Positions 29,492 to 40,262 of a DNA stretch of 64,000 bases are shown in pieces. This stretch comes from an uncultured Chlamydiales bacterium. GTDB taxonomy: Bacteria; Chlamydiota; Chlamydiia; Chlamydiales; Rhabdochlamydiaceae. Every line of letters begins with the position of its first letter. Position 1 is the stretch's first letter. The notes beneath the pieces were generated by a model. The model was not told the DNA's origin and searched no databases. It was given only the letters and a program-made list of their open reading frames with translations. The stretch lies in assembly GCA_963700985.1 (NCBI GenBank), contig OY969554.1, positions 704,001 to 768,000 on the forward strand, written 5' to 3'. A program made the translations under genes and the position numbers.

Positions 29492-29986
29492 ATGGAAACA
29501 AAAAAAGCAAAAAAATTTATCTATGAAGGATTGGGTTTTCCCATTGTCTTAGTGAATGTACCTCTAGTTAAAAAACGAGGCATTTGGACCCCTGCCATTG
29601 ATTACAACAAACTCCAAAAGCAAGTTCTATTGGCTTTAAGCCATAAGCCAGTTTCTCTCACAGGAAATGAGGTTCACTTCATTCGCGCTTATTTCGAAAT
29701 GACCCTTGAGAATTTTGGTAAACAGTTCGGGATCACCCACGCAGCCGTTTTAAATTGGGAAAAAGCCAGAAACAAAGCAGCAAAAATCAACCCAACAACA
29801 GAATTATGCATCCGCCTGTTGATCCTCGAAAAACTTAAAATCAGCAATCAAATTTTCCGTGATGCATTCAGAGAATTTGACATGCAGGGCATTGCAAAAG
29901 AACATAAAACTGTGAGCTTGAAGACTATGAGGCCTCTAGCTTTGTCAGGATTGCATATTGCAAAACGCCCAAGTGTACGGGCTTAG
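29492..29986 (+). CDS. Putative antitoxin with Xre/MqsA-like HTH
   Basis: LTGNEVHFIR...MTLENFGKQFGITHAAVLNWE. Confidence 0.8.
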   Translation: METKKAKKFIYEGLGFPIVLVNVPLVKKRGIWTPAIDYNKLQKQVLLALSHKPVSLTGNEVHFIRAYFEMTLENFGKQFGITHAAVLNWEKARNKAAKINPTTELCIRLLILEKLKISNQIFRDAFREFDMQGIAKEHKTVSLKTMRPLALSGLHIAKRPSVRA

Positions 29987-29989
29987 AAA

Positions 29990-31402
29990 TTAATTCAGGC
30001 TGAAACAAGCGCGGAAAAACTGTGAAATCCATGAGCAGAAAGCGCTTAGGCACTCCATCAGACAATTCAGCATAGATTGAAGGCAACCAGACTCTTCTGC
30101 TAAAACTGGGAAGATGAAATGGGCTACAGGGCCAGCTTTGGGTGGTATTAAGATTTGTTCCGGTGGAGTTTGGTTAAAGTCTATTCGAATGAGTTTTAGT
30201 TTAATTGAATTTTTTTCTTCAATAGTAAGAACTCCATCAAAAAACTGAAAGTTGCTGAATTCAAAATTAGTTGCAGCACTAGCTAATCTACGTCGTGCTT
30301 TGGTTACGAGATCAAAACAATCTACAGCTTGCGCTGAACAGTGTAAGACGGTGTTTCCGAATGATATAAGATTCGAACAATTCGTATCCAACGAGATCGG
30401 GGTCTTAATGAAATCAACAGGTTTCTCAGCAAACCTCAATCTATCGCGAAGTTCCAAGACAAAACTTTCTTTGTTCTTTATTGCCCACCCCCTTGCCGTT
30501 CGCACAAGAGACGTACAATCTATGTATTGAGGAAGACTCTCTTCTAATTTTAAAGTTTGAAGATTAAAAACTCTAACACCTGGAAAATCTTCATCCATAA
30601 TAGTTACAACCACCATGCCATCTTGGCCAAAAACTGATCTCTCCTCATTTTTTGATCCCGTGGGTGGAAATGGAATTTGTTTCTCTAATTTTAAGGTGTG
30701 AAGATCCAAGACTTCAAGTATCGAGACATGCTTATCTGGACTGATGTCGTGAATTTCAGCAAAAAACCTAGGCGCATGGATTATTTTATCATCAATAATT
30801 CTTACCTCAGTGGCTTTTGGTAATTCTCTAATTTTTGCGGTTTTATTCGCTTTAAAATCCCAAACGCAAAGATTCATCCCCTTATCACCGAATTTGTCAT
30901 CAACTGGATCAAGCTTCATTACGACTCGATCATGTGCGATCCCTACATACTCATGTCTAGGATTCCTTTCTTCTGTTGGTGAGAGCTTGCTAAACCAGAG
31001 TCGAGCTCCAGCACAATCCAACGTTTTAATTACGGCACGCGTTCTAGAATCCCTTACATCAATCGAAGTATCACGAACTGTGATAAATACATTTACCTGC
31101 TGCTTGGAATAGTAATTACACTCTCCAGCTTCCAAAGATGTTTCATGCCTTTGCCATGCTCCTGCACGCATTAAGTTCGCTTGTATTTTTTCAAAATGAG
31201 CAGTGTAACGTGCTCTTAGGGTTTCTAATGGAAGTTGAGGTACAGAAGGTAGAAAGCTTCGACGAATCCGTTCCCATAAAACAGTCTCAGCCACTAGCCG
31301 GAAACGTTTGGAAACTTGGGTACATGTGAGGAGTTCATCTCTCTTTAAATAAGATAAAGAAGCACCCCAGAGATCATTCGACGCCTTGTCTACCACTGAC
31401 AT
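29990..31402 (-). CDS. F-box protein with beta-propeller-like region and Cys-rich amphipathic tail
   Basis: LSYLKRDELLTCTQVSKRFRLVA F-box; LCVWDF-type strands; GGAGG before ATG 31402. Confidence 0.8.
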   Translation of the reverse strand: MSVVDKASNDLWGASLSYLKRDELLTCTQVSKRFRLVAETVLWERIRRSFLPSVPQLPLETLRARYTAHFEKIQANLMRAGAWQRHETSLEAGECNYYSKQQVNVFITVRDTSIDVRDSRTRAVIKTLDCAGARLWFSKLSPTEERNPRHEYVGIAHDRVVMKLDPVDDKFGDKGMNLCVWDFKANKTAKIRELPKATEVRIIDDKIIHAPRFFAEIHDISPDKHVSILEVLDLHTLKLEKQIPFPPTGSKNEERSVFGQDGMVVVTIMDEDFPGVRVFNLQTLKLEESLPQYIDCTSLVRTARGWAIKNKESFVLELRDRLRFAEKPVDFIKTPISLDTNCSNLISFGNTVLHCSAQAVDCFDLVTKARRRLASAATNFEFSNFQFFDGVLTIEEKNSIKLKLIRIDFNQTPPEQILIPPKAGPVAHFIFPVLAEESGCLQSMLNCLMECLSAFCSWISQFFRACFSLN

Positions 31403-31535
31403 AATAACCTCCAATTTTTAAGGATAATTTAATAGTTCGAACAATTTCAGAGATAGATATTAAAAACTTTAAAAAGCGAAAGGCTAGGTTTTAAAACAAC
31501 GCTTAGGGAATAATGCCCTTCAATTCGGAGGAATC

Positions 31536-32021
31536 TTGTTTAAGCGGTTATTGTTTGTGATTGGGATTGTTTTACCACTGAGTCTTTCGGCTACGCTTCC
31601 AATGCGCAACACTCCTAAAGCTAGCTTGAGTGAGATCGCTGCATCTTTAAGCCCAGGCGAGGTGGCACATATCACTTATCTTCCTGCCGAAAGCCAGCAC
31701 TGGCGCTTGTTAGAACTTGTGTCACATGAAGGTAAGCCAGCCTCCGTCGCAACGATTAAAGAATATCGAGAAGAGATCGAGCGCTTAGGACTCACCATTG
31801 TGTCGGCTGAGCTTACGCACAGCTTTGCATTTTACGAGAGCCAAGAAAAGCTGATTCAAGAGATTCGCAACAATCCTCTAATCTGGCCAGTTAAGTTAAG
31901 CGATGCACAAATAGAAGCTCTCGCCGAGATGGCTGCACGCTACTCACTAACAAATATCCGAGAGGGAGCAGTGAATTTCCCTTACACGCTGATCAAACTA
32001 ATTGTGCAAAGCTCTAGCTGA
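31536..32021 (+). CDS. Hypothetical secreted protein
   Basis: GGAGG RBS, TTG start, signal peptide ending SLSA. Confidence 0.7.
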   Translation: MFKRLLFVIGIVLPLSLSATLPMRNTPKASLSEIAASLSPGEVAHITYLPAESQHWRLLELVSHEGKPASVATIKEYREEIERLGLTIVSAELTHSFAFYESQEKLIQEIRNNPLIWPVKLSDAQIEALAEMAARYSLTNIREGAVNFPYTLIKLIVQSSS

Positions 32022-34131
32022 GCATTCCCTCGGAAAGATGAGTACCTACGTGAACGAAACGCTCGAGCGGAATGTTGAAAATCGACTCGCAGCCTGCTTT
32101 ATCAAGTGTCACGGCATTATGCAACTTTAAACGCACAATTAGATCATCACGCATCTGTGTTGTGGGCACAATCAATCCTTTGATCATTTCGGGAGAAATG
32201 CGCTCTTTGATCATCACTTCGTTGCCAAAGTTAAATCCATACGCTTGCTCAACCTCCGCGAAAGCCAGAATATCAGGACGGCCAAGATAACCTCCCCACA
32301 TCCAATCTATTTGGCGCGAACCGAATGCATCATAATGGTATTGATAGGTGCCTGCTTCTAAAACATCTAAAGAAAACAGTAGGCGCACATCGCCCCAATA
32401 AAGGTCATTTAAGTCCATTGCTTCACGGAAATTTTTCTCTGTCAGAAATTGCGTAAAGACGCTATCTGCTCCCCCAGTATAAAAGTCTAATGAAGGACTT
32501 AAACCACTTACTCTCATATCGTGAGAGTAGCGCATTTCAGATGCGAGCATGCCCATCTTGAGAATTGAAACAACGCGATCCAAAGATTCATCCCCTGAAG
32601 CTCCAGTGAGGGTAGTGATCAGCGCTCTTCCACCTAATTTATGCACTTCTTCGCCAAGCCCAGGAACCGAGTAGCGCATACGGCCGGGTAAGATTTCGCG
32701 CGCCTGCATTTTTTCGAGGTAAGCGTCAAATTTTTCACGCATGTCGGGGATTTTTTGTAAAATCTCTGCTTTCAATTGATCGACAGGAAGTGTGAAAAAA
32801 CGCTGATTTCTTTCGAACAGCGTCGCTTCTGTTGGGTAGAAGATGCGAAAAAGCTGCCCCACTTTTAATCTTTCAATGTCCTCTGGAGAAGAGATCCGAA
32901 GCGCATCGCCTAAATTGAAAAAAGAAAGAAGTTCATGTAACTCATAAAGACTCTTCTCTTCTTCAATTACAACTTTAACTCGGTCGTAAAGGTTAGGATG
33001 TTCAATTGAGGCGCCGATCTGCACGGAGCCGAGACCATCGAAAGAGATCTTCCAAGCTTGTCCGATCTCTATCTGTGGCGATAACTCTAGAGGCACATTT
33101 TCGATGCGAATATCTTTAGCATGCGAATTAGAAAGGGCTAAAAACTCTCTGAGCTCAGGCGAGCTAAACTCTTGCATTTCTGAGATGATCGACTGCAAAT
33201 GCTCGCGGAAGACATGGTTCACCTTGAAGTCTAGTTCAGTCATCTTTTTTCCATCGATGAGCTGAGTTCGAAATTCTAGGTTCATCCCCTTAACACTCCC
33301 CTTTCCGTACGCATGAAAATGCGCACCAAAGTTGAAGGGCTTTCCCTCCGCATCAAGCAGAATCACTTCACCATCTATGTTATGCAGTGGAGAAGAGATC
33401 AGATGCCCCGCTGCTCTTCCTTTTTCAATCTGCTGCATAAGTCTGCCAAATTTTTCCATCGACAGGAATAAGTTACGTCGCTGAATGAGCTGCAACTGTG
33501 CATGCGCCTCATGGAAACGTATGACACCCATGGCAAGTTTAGCCGCAAATTCTGGCCATCTGCCCTCTTGCCACTCGCCATAGGCTTGGTAGAAGCTAAT
33601 CAATCCTTGCAGCAGCAGCGAAGCCAGGATAATTTCTAAAGAACCGGTAAACAAAATAGAAGTATATAGAGTTGAAGAAACCAGCTGCAGCAGCTGCTCG
33701 AATAGCGCAGCGTTCTCACCTCTTAATAGATGTGCAAAACTGTGTACCAGATTGAGCCCAGCATCAAACAGTGTACTCATCAAAATCCCAAGCTGGAAAT
33801 TGAAGAGTGTACCCGCTAATGCTGCAACCGAAAGCGCGAGCAATCCCACTGATTGAAGGCAGCTAAATAACTCACCTGAAAAGCCTGCAACTCCAGCTTC
33901 GAAAAGATGCGTGAAAGAACGCAGCCCACCTGTTGCAACAGAGATCCCAAAGCCAAAAGGCTTATGTAAACTTAAAAAAGGCAATGCAATTAGAGCTGCG
34001 CGCTTAGACGTCTCCATCCAATCCGGTGTTAAATCGGCCGGTGTTAACTCGGGAAGATCGTGATCATATTGCCGCTGATAATAGGGCGGCTCAATCAGCG
34101 TGTGCGCAAGATAGTTAGTTACATTCGACAT
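32014..34131 (-). CDS. Multi-TM N-terminal module plus ART-like C-terminal domain (candidate effector)
   Basis: N-terminal ~215 aa colinear with 46104-47168; C-terminal SILKMGMLAS and NEVMIKERISP motifs. Confidence 0.75.
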   Translation of the reverse strand: MSNVTNYLAHTLIEPPYYQRQYDHDLPELTPADLTPDWMETSKRAALIALPFLSLHKPFGFGISVATGGLRSFTHLFEAGVAGFSGELFSCLQSVGLLALSVAALAGTLFNFQLGILMSTLFDAGLNLVHSFAHLLRGENAALFEQLLQLVSSTLYTSILFTGSLEIILASLLLQGLISFYQAYGEWQEGRWPEFAAKLAMGVIRFHEAHAQLQLIQRRNLFLSMEKFGRLMQQIEKGRAAGHLISSPLHNIDGEVILLDAEGKPFNFGAHFHAYGKGSVKGMNLEFRTQLIDGKKMTELDFKVNHVFREHLQSIISEMQEFSSPELREFLALSNSHAKDIRIENVPLELSPQIEIGQAWKISFDGLGSVQIGASIEHPNLYDRVKVVIEEEKSLYELHELLSFFNLGDALRISSPEDIERLKVGQLFRIFYPTEATLFERNQRFFTLPVDQLKAEILQKIPDMREKFDAYLEKMQAREILPGRMRYSVPGLGEEVHKLGGRALITTLTGASGDESLDRVVSILKMGMLASEMRYSHDMRVSGLSPSLDFYTGGADSVFTQFLTEKNFREAMDLNDLYWGDVRLLFSLDVLEAGTYQYHYDAFGSRQIDWMWGGYLGRPDILAFAEVEQAYGFNFGNEVMIKERISPEMIKGLIVPTTQMRDDLIVRLKLHNAVTLDKAGCESIFNIPLERFVHVGTHLSEGMLS

Positions 34132-34271
34132 AATTTATATCGAACAATATAAACCAGATCTAAAAAGCTAACAAACTATATGAATATTTGAATTACAGAT
34201 TATATAATTAACAAAATAATTACCGTCTAATTACCTATGAAATATATATTTTATTTATAATTTTCAGAAAT

Positions 34272-34298
34272 TTAGCAGTGAAGAATGCCGTTTGCTAA
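34272..34298. promoter_or_regulatory. CIRCE element (HrcA operator), degenerate
   Basis: TTAGCAGTG-N9-GTTTGCTAA versus consensus TTAGCACTC-N9-GAGTGCTAA; upstream of groES. Confidence 0.85.
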
Positions 34299-34302
34299 CT
34301 CG

Positions 34303-34331
34303 TTGCCAAAAATCCAACAATCACATACAAT
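34303..34331 (+). promoter_or_regulatory. Sigma66/70-type promoter of groESL
   Basis: TTGCCA-N17-TACAAT directly after CIRCE. Confidence 0.75.
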
Positions 34332-34387
34332 GCTGTCTTCAGAAAAAACAGGTTCAAAGCTTTTAAGCAACTCAAGGAGACAAACGT

Positions 34388-34699
34388 ATGGCACAACAGA
34401 CTGCAAAGAATACTATGCTGAAACCACTCGGAAATCGCGTTGTCGCAAAACGCTTAGAACAAGAAGAGACTCTTAAAGGAGGAATCATCCTTCCTGATAC
34501 TGCTAAAAAGAAACAAGAGTCAGCCAAAATTGTGGCCGTAGGTCCAGGCATTACGAACAAAGAAGGCAAACTCATCCCTATGCCAGTTAAAGTGGGCGAT
34601 GTCATTCTTATGGATAAATATTCCGGCCAAGAAGTTTCTGTTGACGACGAAGATCTCGTCATCCTCAAAGCCGACGACATTATCGCTATTATTGAATAA
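34388..34699 (+). CDS. groES: Co-chaperonin GroES
   Basis: LKPLGNRV, GGIILPD, VAVGPG. Confidence 0.98.
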   Translation: MAQQTAKNTMLKPLGNRVVAKRLEQEETLKGGIILPDTAKKKQESAKIVAVGPGITNKEGKLIPMPVKVGDVILMDKYSGQEVSVDDEDLVILKADDIIAIIE

Positions 34700-36346
<1,647 letters not shown>

Positions 36347-36373
36347 TCCTCCCCTCTCCTCTTTCTGCCAAAT

Positions 36374-36402
36374 AAAGGCACTCCTCTCGGAGTGCCTTTT
36401 TT
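36374..36402 (+). terminator. Intrinsic terminator of groESL
   Basis: AAAGGCACTCC-TCTC-GGAGTGCCTTT followed by Ts. Confidence 0.88.
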
Positions 36403-36595
36403 ATTCCCACTACTCTTAAATTCTGAAAGAAACAGGATATGAAGGATGGGATAAAGAAAATATCATGCATATCCTGTAGATGATTTACTAAAAGAGCTCC
36501 GTTTCGCACCATATAATATAATAATAATTTTAAATACGCACATTAAATGCTTTATAATATATAATTAATCCTTTTACTAAATTATAGGTAATGCC

Positions 36596-37000
36596 ATGGA
36601 AGCTTATTATAGAACCCCAGACTACGTATGTTCCGTCTCCTTCGCTGCTTTAGATGCGCTGACACAATATCGCAATACACCCGTCCCAGCTGAAAATACG
36701 TGGGAAATGGTCGGACAAAAAGTGGTGGGAGCTTTAGGTTATGCCGCTCTAATCATTGTGGGAGCAGTTGAAACATTAGTTCGCGGTTTATTCGGGTTAA
36801 TCGTCTATCTCGCTTCATTACTTCCTATCGAAAACGAGAAATTCCAAGGCCTCATTGGTATTTTAGAAGAGATCACCATTCGTGGCGCGAAGGATTCTGC
36901 TCAGGCAACCGCATCCTCAGTGCTCTGCTTCTGGCAAAACTTCTGCAGTTCACAAGTAACGCCTACGGCGATTTTATCTTGCGAATTCTGCCAAGGCTAG
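36596..37000 (+). CDS. Hypothetical membrane protein with long hydrophobic hairpin (Inc-like)
   Basis: About 35-aa hydrophobic stretch VVGALGYAALIIVGAVETLVRGLFGLIVYLASLLPI, no signal peptide. Confidence 0.65.
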   Translation: MEAYYRTPDYVCSVSFAALDALTQYRNTPVPAENTWEMVGQKVVGALGYAALIIVGAVETLVRGLFGLIVYLASLLPIENEKFQGLIGILEEITIRGAKDSAQATASSVLCFWQNFCSSQVTPTAILSCEFCQG

Positions 37001-37075
37001 AGAAAGCATTGCTTATAAAAAATTATTTTAATAGTCTGCGAGTTAAGTAATCATCTTAACTTGGTGGGCTCTCCC

Positions 37076-37825
37076 ATGAAAACAGTTTCTGCTCTTCTAG
37101 TCCTAATTCTGGCTGCCGTGATTGTTTTCTTTGTGTACTGGGGCCGCGTGCCCGATACGCTAGCCAAGACCCTTTCTCAGAAATTGGGAGTGAAGGTGAC
37201 CATTGCAAGCATGGGTATTACACCTACTTCGGTGAGCGTAAAACAGATCGAGATCGGCAACCCACCCAAGTCGATCCTACCTAAAGCTTTTTCCTGTGAA
37301 CGCATAGAAGTCGATGCACCTCTAACACGCTACTTAAGTGATAATATTGTAATTGATGAAATCAGCCTAGATAAAGTCTATCTCGGTCTTGAATTCAAAA
37401 ATGCCAAAGGTACAGATGGCAACTGGAGTGTCATTATGGCCAATATGAAGGCCAATACACCTGCTTCTACTGCACCTAAAGAAAAACAGCGCGCAGTCCT
37501 CATCCATAAGCTAGTTCTTACCAATATCGATACCGATGTGGTTTATCAGGATGGTAACGGAAAAGTTAAACACCTACCGACGATTGACCGTATTGAGCTA
37601 ACTGACATCAGCAGCGAAGGTGGATTCCCTGTCGATCAGCTGATGAATAGCGTGCTTGGACAAATGCTAAAGCAGGTCTTTATCAAGCAAAACATGCAAA
37701 ATATGATGCAGGATTTCCTAAATAATCCTCCAGGCGGCGGGCAGGTAGATAAGTATCTACAACCCTTTAAACGCTTTTTTCCTATGAAGGATAACAGTCA
37801 AGAGACTGATCTTAAAACAGCTTAA
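37076..37825 (+). CDS. AsmA-like membrane-anchored protein
   Basis: N-terminal TM helix, LSQKLGVKVTI, IGNP, IVIDEI, NW pattern. Confidence 0.7.
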   Translation: MKTVSALLVLILAAVIVFFVYWGRVPDTLAKTLSQKLGVKVTIASMGITPTSVSVKQIEIGNPPKSILPKAFSCERIEVDAPLTRYLSDNIVIDEISLDKVYLGLEFKNAKGTDGNWSVIMANMKANTPASTAPKEKQRAVLIHKLVLTNIDTDVVYQDGNGKVKHLPTIDRIELTDISSEGGFPVDQLMNSVLGQMLKQVFIKQNMQNMMQDFLNNPPGGGQVDKYLQPFKRFFPMKDNSQETDLKTA

Positions 37826-37909
37826 GATTGCGTAAATCCAGTTTTTTTGTTTAATTTATTCTTATTATCATATAAACTATTTATTATTTTAATAATTAAA
37901 TGGTTCTAT

Positions 37910-39211
37910 ATGACACCCCTCTCTTTGAGCCCAACCGATCCTTTCGCCATTATCGCCTCCTATTTACGAGAACCTCAAGGAAGCACCTTAAGCCTCACAG
38001 AAGAGGCTGCCTTTCCAGAAGAGGAATGCAGGCTAATTTGGGAAGGATTGATCCAGAGAAACTCGACTAGTATCTCCAGCGATCCTATAAATCTAAGCTC
38101 AATTTCAGTTTCCATAGCCTCAGAACCTGCTAAAATTAATTTTAAAGGCCCTGCAACTGCTTTTGGAAGAGCTATGTATTGGCTAAGCCGCCCCATGGCT
38201 CTTTTCTCATTTTATACTCTTCACTATCCCAAGCTTTTAAAGTGCGTATCTCTTCAGCACGCTCCCGGCCACAGCTTCGAACTCATGCGCGATATCGGCG
38301 GAGAATCGGTGAGAATTACGACTCAGGATGGCCAAGAGCTCGATGCCGTCTATTTCGATCCGCAAAAATTTCAACAGAATCAGGAAGCTGCATTTAGAAA
38401 ATGGAAACACCTATTTGCACAAGAGGCATATCGAAAGACAAGAGAGGTGCTAGAGATCGATCTGAATGGCAAGACGCTTAGTGAGCTTCTAGGCCTTCCA
38501 TCAAGCATTGAACCCGTCGAATCTTCTGCCAAAGGTGTTGTGATCGCGCAAGGCTCAGGTACAAGTTATGCATTTGATCCTCAAGGTGCGGTCATGTTTC
38601 TAATGCGCGGCCAGCACGTTCTTGAGTTTGATTTTCGCGGAATCCTTCGTAGCAAGGGCAATCCAGGATGGGAAGGCACCTGTATCGATACGCGAGATGC
38701 CTGCTTATGGCTGAAAAAGAAGCTAAATTGCGAAAAAAATAGTGAGCTGATTGTAATCGGAAAATCTATGGGCTCGGGTGGAGCTGTATGGACAGGCACA
38801 CAACTCCCCGGCATCCACGTGATCATCGACCGAGGCTTCTCCAGCATGCCTGAGGTAGTGAGAGAAAAAACAAATGCGCTGCTCAAGCCGCTTGCGCTCT
38901 ATGCTGCCCAGCATTTTTATCGTTATCCTAACGTCGAGCTGATTGGAAAGATCCAGGGCCAAGTGCTGATCATCCAGGCAAGAGAAGATACTCTGACTAC
39001 GGCTTCACATGCGGAGCGGAACCTAGCGGCTCTAGCACTATCTAAACTGGGGCCATCTCCTTCTCCAGAAAACATGCGTGTTTTTAGAGAGAGATACTTG
39101 CTCGATGCAGCAGGCGGACATTCTAGCTTGGCAGGTGGTGATAAAATGTATGCTTGGTACCGCGACGCCAAAACTCACGCGGCTCTCAGCACATTTATTA
39201 AACAGCTGTAA
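37910..39211 (+). CDS. Alpha/beta hydrolase (ABHD-like) with long N-terminal extension
   Basis: FDFRG, nucleophile GKSMG, IIQAREDT, GGHS. Confidence 0.82.
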   Translation: MTPLSLSPTDPFAIIASYLREPQGSTLSLTEEAAFPEEECRLIWEGLIQRNSTSISSDPINLSSISVSIASEPAKINFKGPATAFGRAMYWLSRPMALFSFYTLHYPKLLKCVSLQHAPGHSFELMRDIGGESVRITTQDGQELDAVYFDPQKFQQNQEAAFRKWKHLFAQEAYRKTREVLEIDLNGKTLSELLGLPSSIEPVESSAKGVVIAQGSGTSYAFDPQGAVMFLMRGQHVLEFDFRGILRSKGNPGWEGTCIDTRDACLWLKKKLNCEKNSELIVIGKSMGSGGAVWTGTQLPGIHVIIDRGFSSMPEVVREKTNALLKPLALYAAQHFYRYPNVELIGKIQGQVLIIQAREDTLTTASHAERNLAALALSKLGPSPSPENMRVFRERYLLDAAGGHSSLAGGDKMYAWYRDAKTHAALSTFIKQL

Positions 39212-40193
39212 GTTTTGTGATGGTGATCACGAGCGCTTCATTGCCTTTGTAATATTGGCAGTTAGCTGGCACGTCGATGGGGATGCGCTGCTCGTGATAT
39301 TCTAAAAATGGATTAGTAATCACTAAGTTGAAAAATTTCTCATCTTCATACTTCGAGATCGGGTCGTTTAAATAGCATGAAAAGCGCGAACCTTTCCGCA
39401 TATGTTTAGTCAAGCAACGATCTAAGAATTCAAAGAGACGATCTCTTGAGTAACGCACTGAGCGCTGCGTTGGATTAGAAGCCGTTTTTAGTTCTTCAAG
39501 AAACTGGAGGATCGCTTTTTGGGTCGTATACCGCTTTTCAACTAGACGCAAGAAAACTTTTTCGAGTTGTGACTTGGTGATGTTCTTCTTTTCCTCTAGT
39601 TCATAAAAGAATCGTAAGAAAACCTTAGGATCGATGACTTTTTCGTTTTCCAATAAGATAAAAAAAGCATCAATATCGGCATCGGCATATTTCACATCTT
39701 TTAGAAAGGAAAGCTGAGCTTCGAGCTCCGCCATTTTCTTTTTGCCTGCACTTAAAATCATACTAGCTTGATTTCCACTCTTTTCTAACTCAGCTTGCTC
39801 TGCAGCACTCTCAAGTGGATAATCATCAAAAAAGATCGTATCAAAAACCCCAAGAGTATCTAGCGCATTTTGCCAGGTATCTTCAACGATGGTTACATTG
39901 GAATACTTCTCGGCCCACTTTCGCGCGCGCTTAGCCACTTCTGGATGATATTCAATAATCGTGTGACTCTTAGGATGGTAATGCTGAATACGCGTAGAAG
40001 AATACCCGCATCCGAAGCCCACTTCTAGAACATCCCCCGCGGGCTTCAGGGCATCGATGCATGCTTCCATGTAGGGCTTTTCCCACTGCATCATCACTTG
40101 AAAATGACCATCTTTGAGCAAGATCTCCTGCCCAAATTCATCATGTCCAAATTCCATCTTGCAAGGTGGCGGCGGACTCTTTTTCATCAGCAT
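39198..40193 (-). CDS. Class I SAM methyltransferase, RMT2/GAMT-like
   Basis: VMMQWEKPYM, VLEVGFGCG, HTIIEYHP, WQ, FDTIFFDDY. Confidence 0.82.
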   Translation of the reverse strand: MLMKKSPPPPCKMEFGHDEFGQEILLKDGHFQVMMQWEKPYMEACIDALKPAGDVLEVGFGCGYSSTRIQHYHPKSHTIIEYHPEVAKRARKWAEKYSNVTIVEDTWQNALDTLGVFDTIFFDDYPLESAAEQAELEKSGNQASMILSAGKKKMAELEAQLSFLKDVKYADADIDAFFILLENEKVIDPKVFLRFFYELEEKKNITKSQLEKVFLRLVEKRYTTQKAILQFLEELKTASNPTQRSVRYSRDRLFEFLDRCLTKHMRKGSRFSCYLNDPISKYEDEKFFNLVITNPFLEYHEQRIPIDVPANCQYYKGNEALVITITKLTAV

Positions 40194-40262
40194 GTATTCC
40201 CTTTTAATAGAAAGTATACTAAAAACATTTTTCAAGCATTAACGTTTCGCGTACAGGCATCC

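Noticed and set aside
29990-30010. CaaX box at the end of the F-box protein
   Set aside because: The end is CFSLN, so Cys is fifth from the end; FQCV (9128) and FCQG (37000) also do not fit.
40098-40262. Longer N-terminus of the inverse autotransporter ORF
   Set aside because: Overlaps the divergent methyltransferase; ATG 40263 gives a normal signal peptide.
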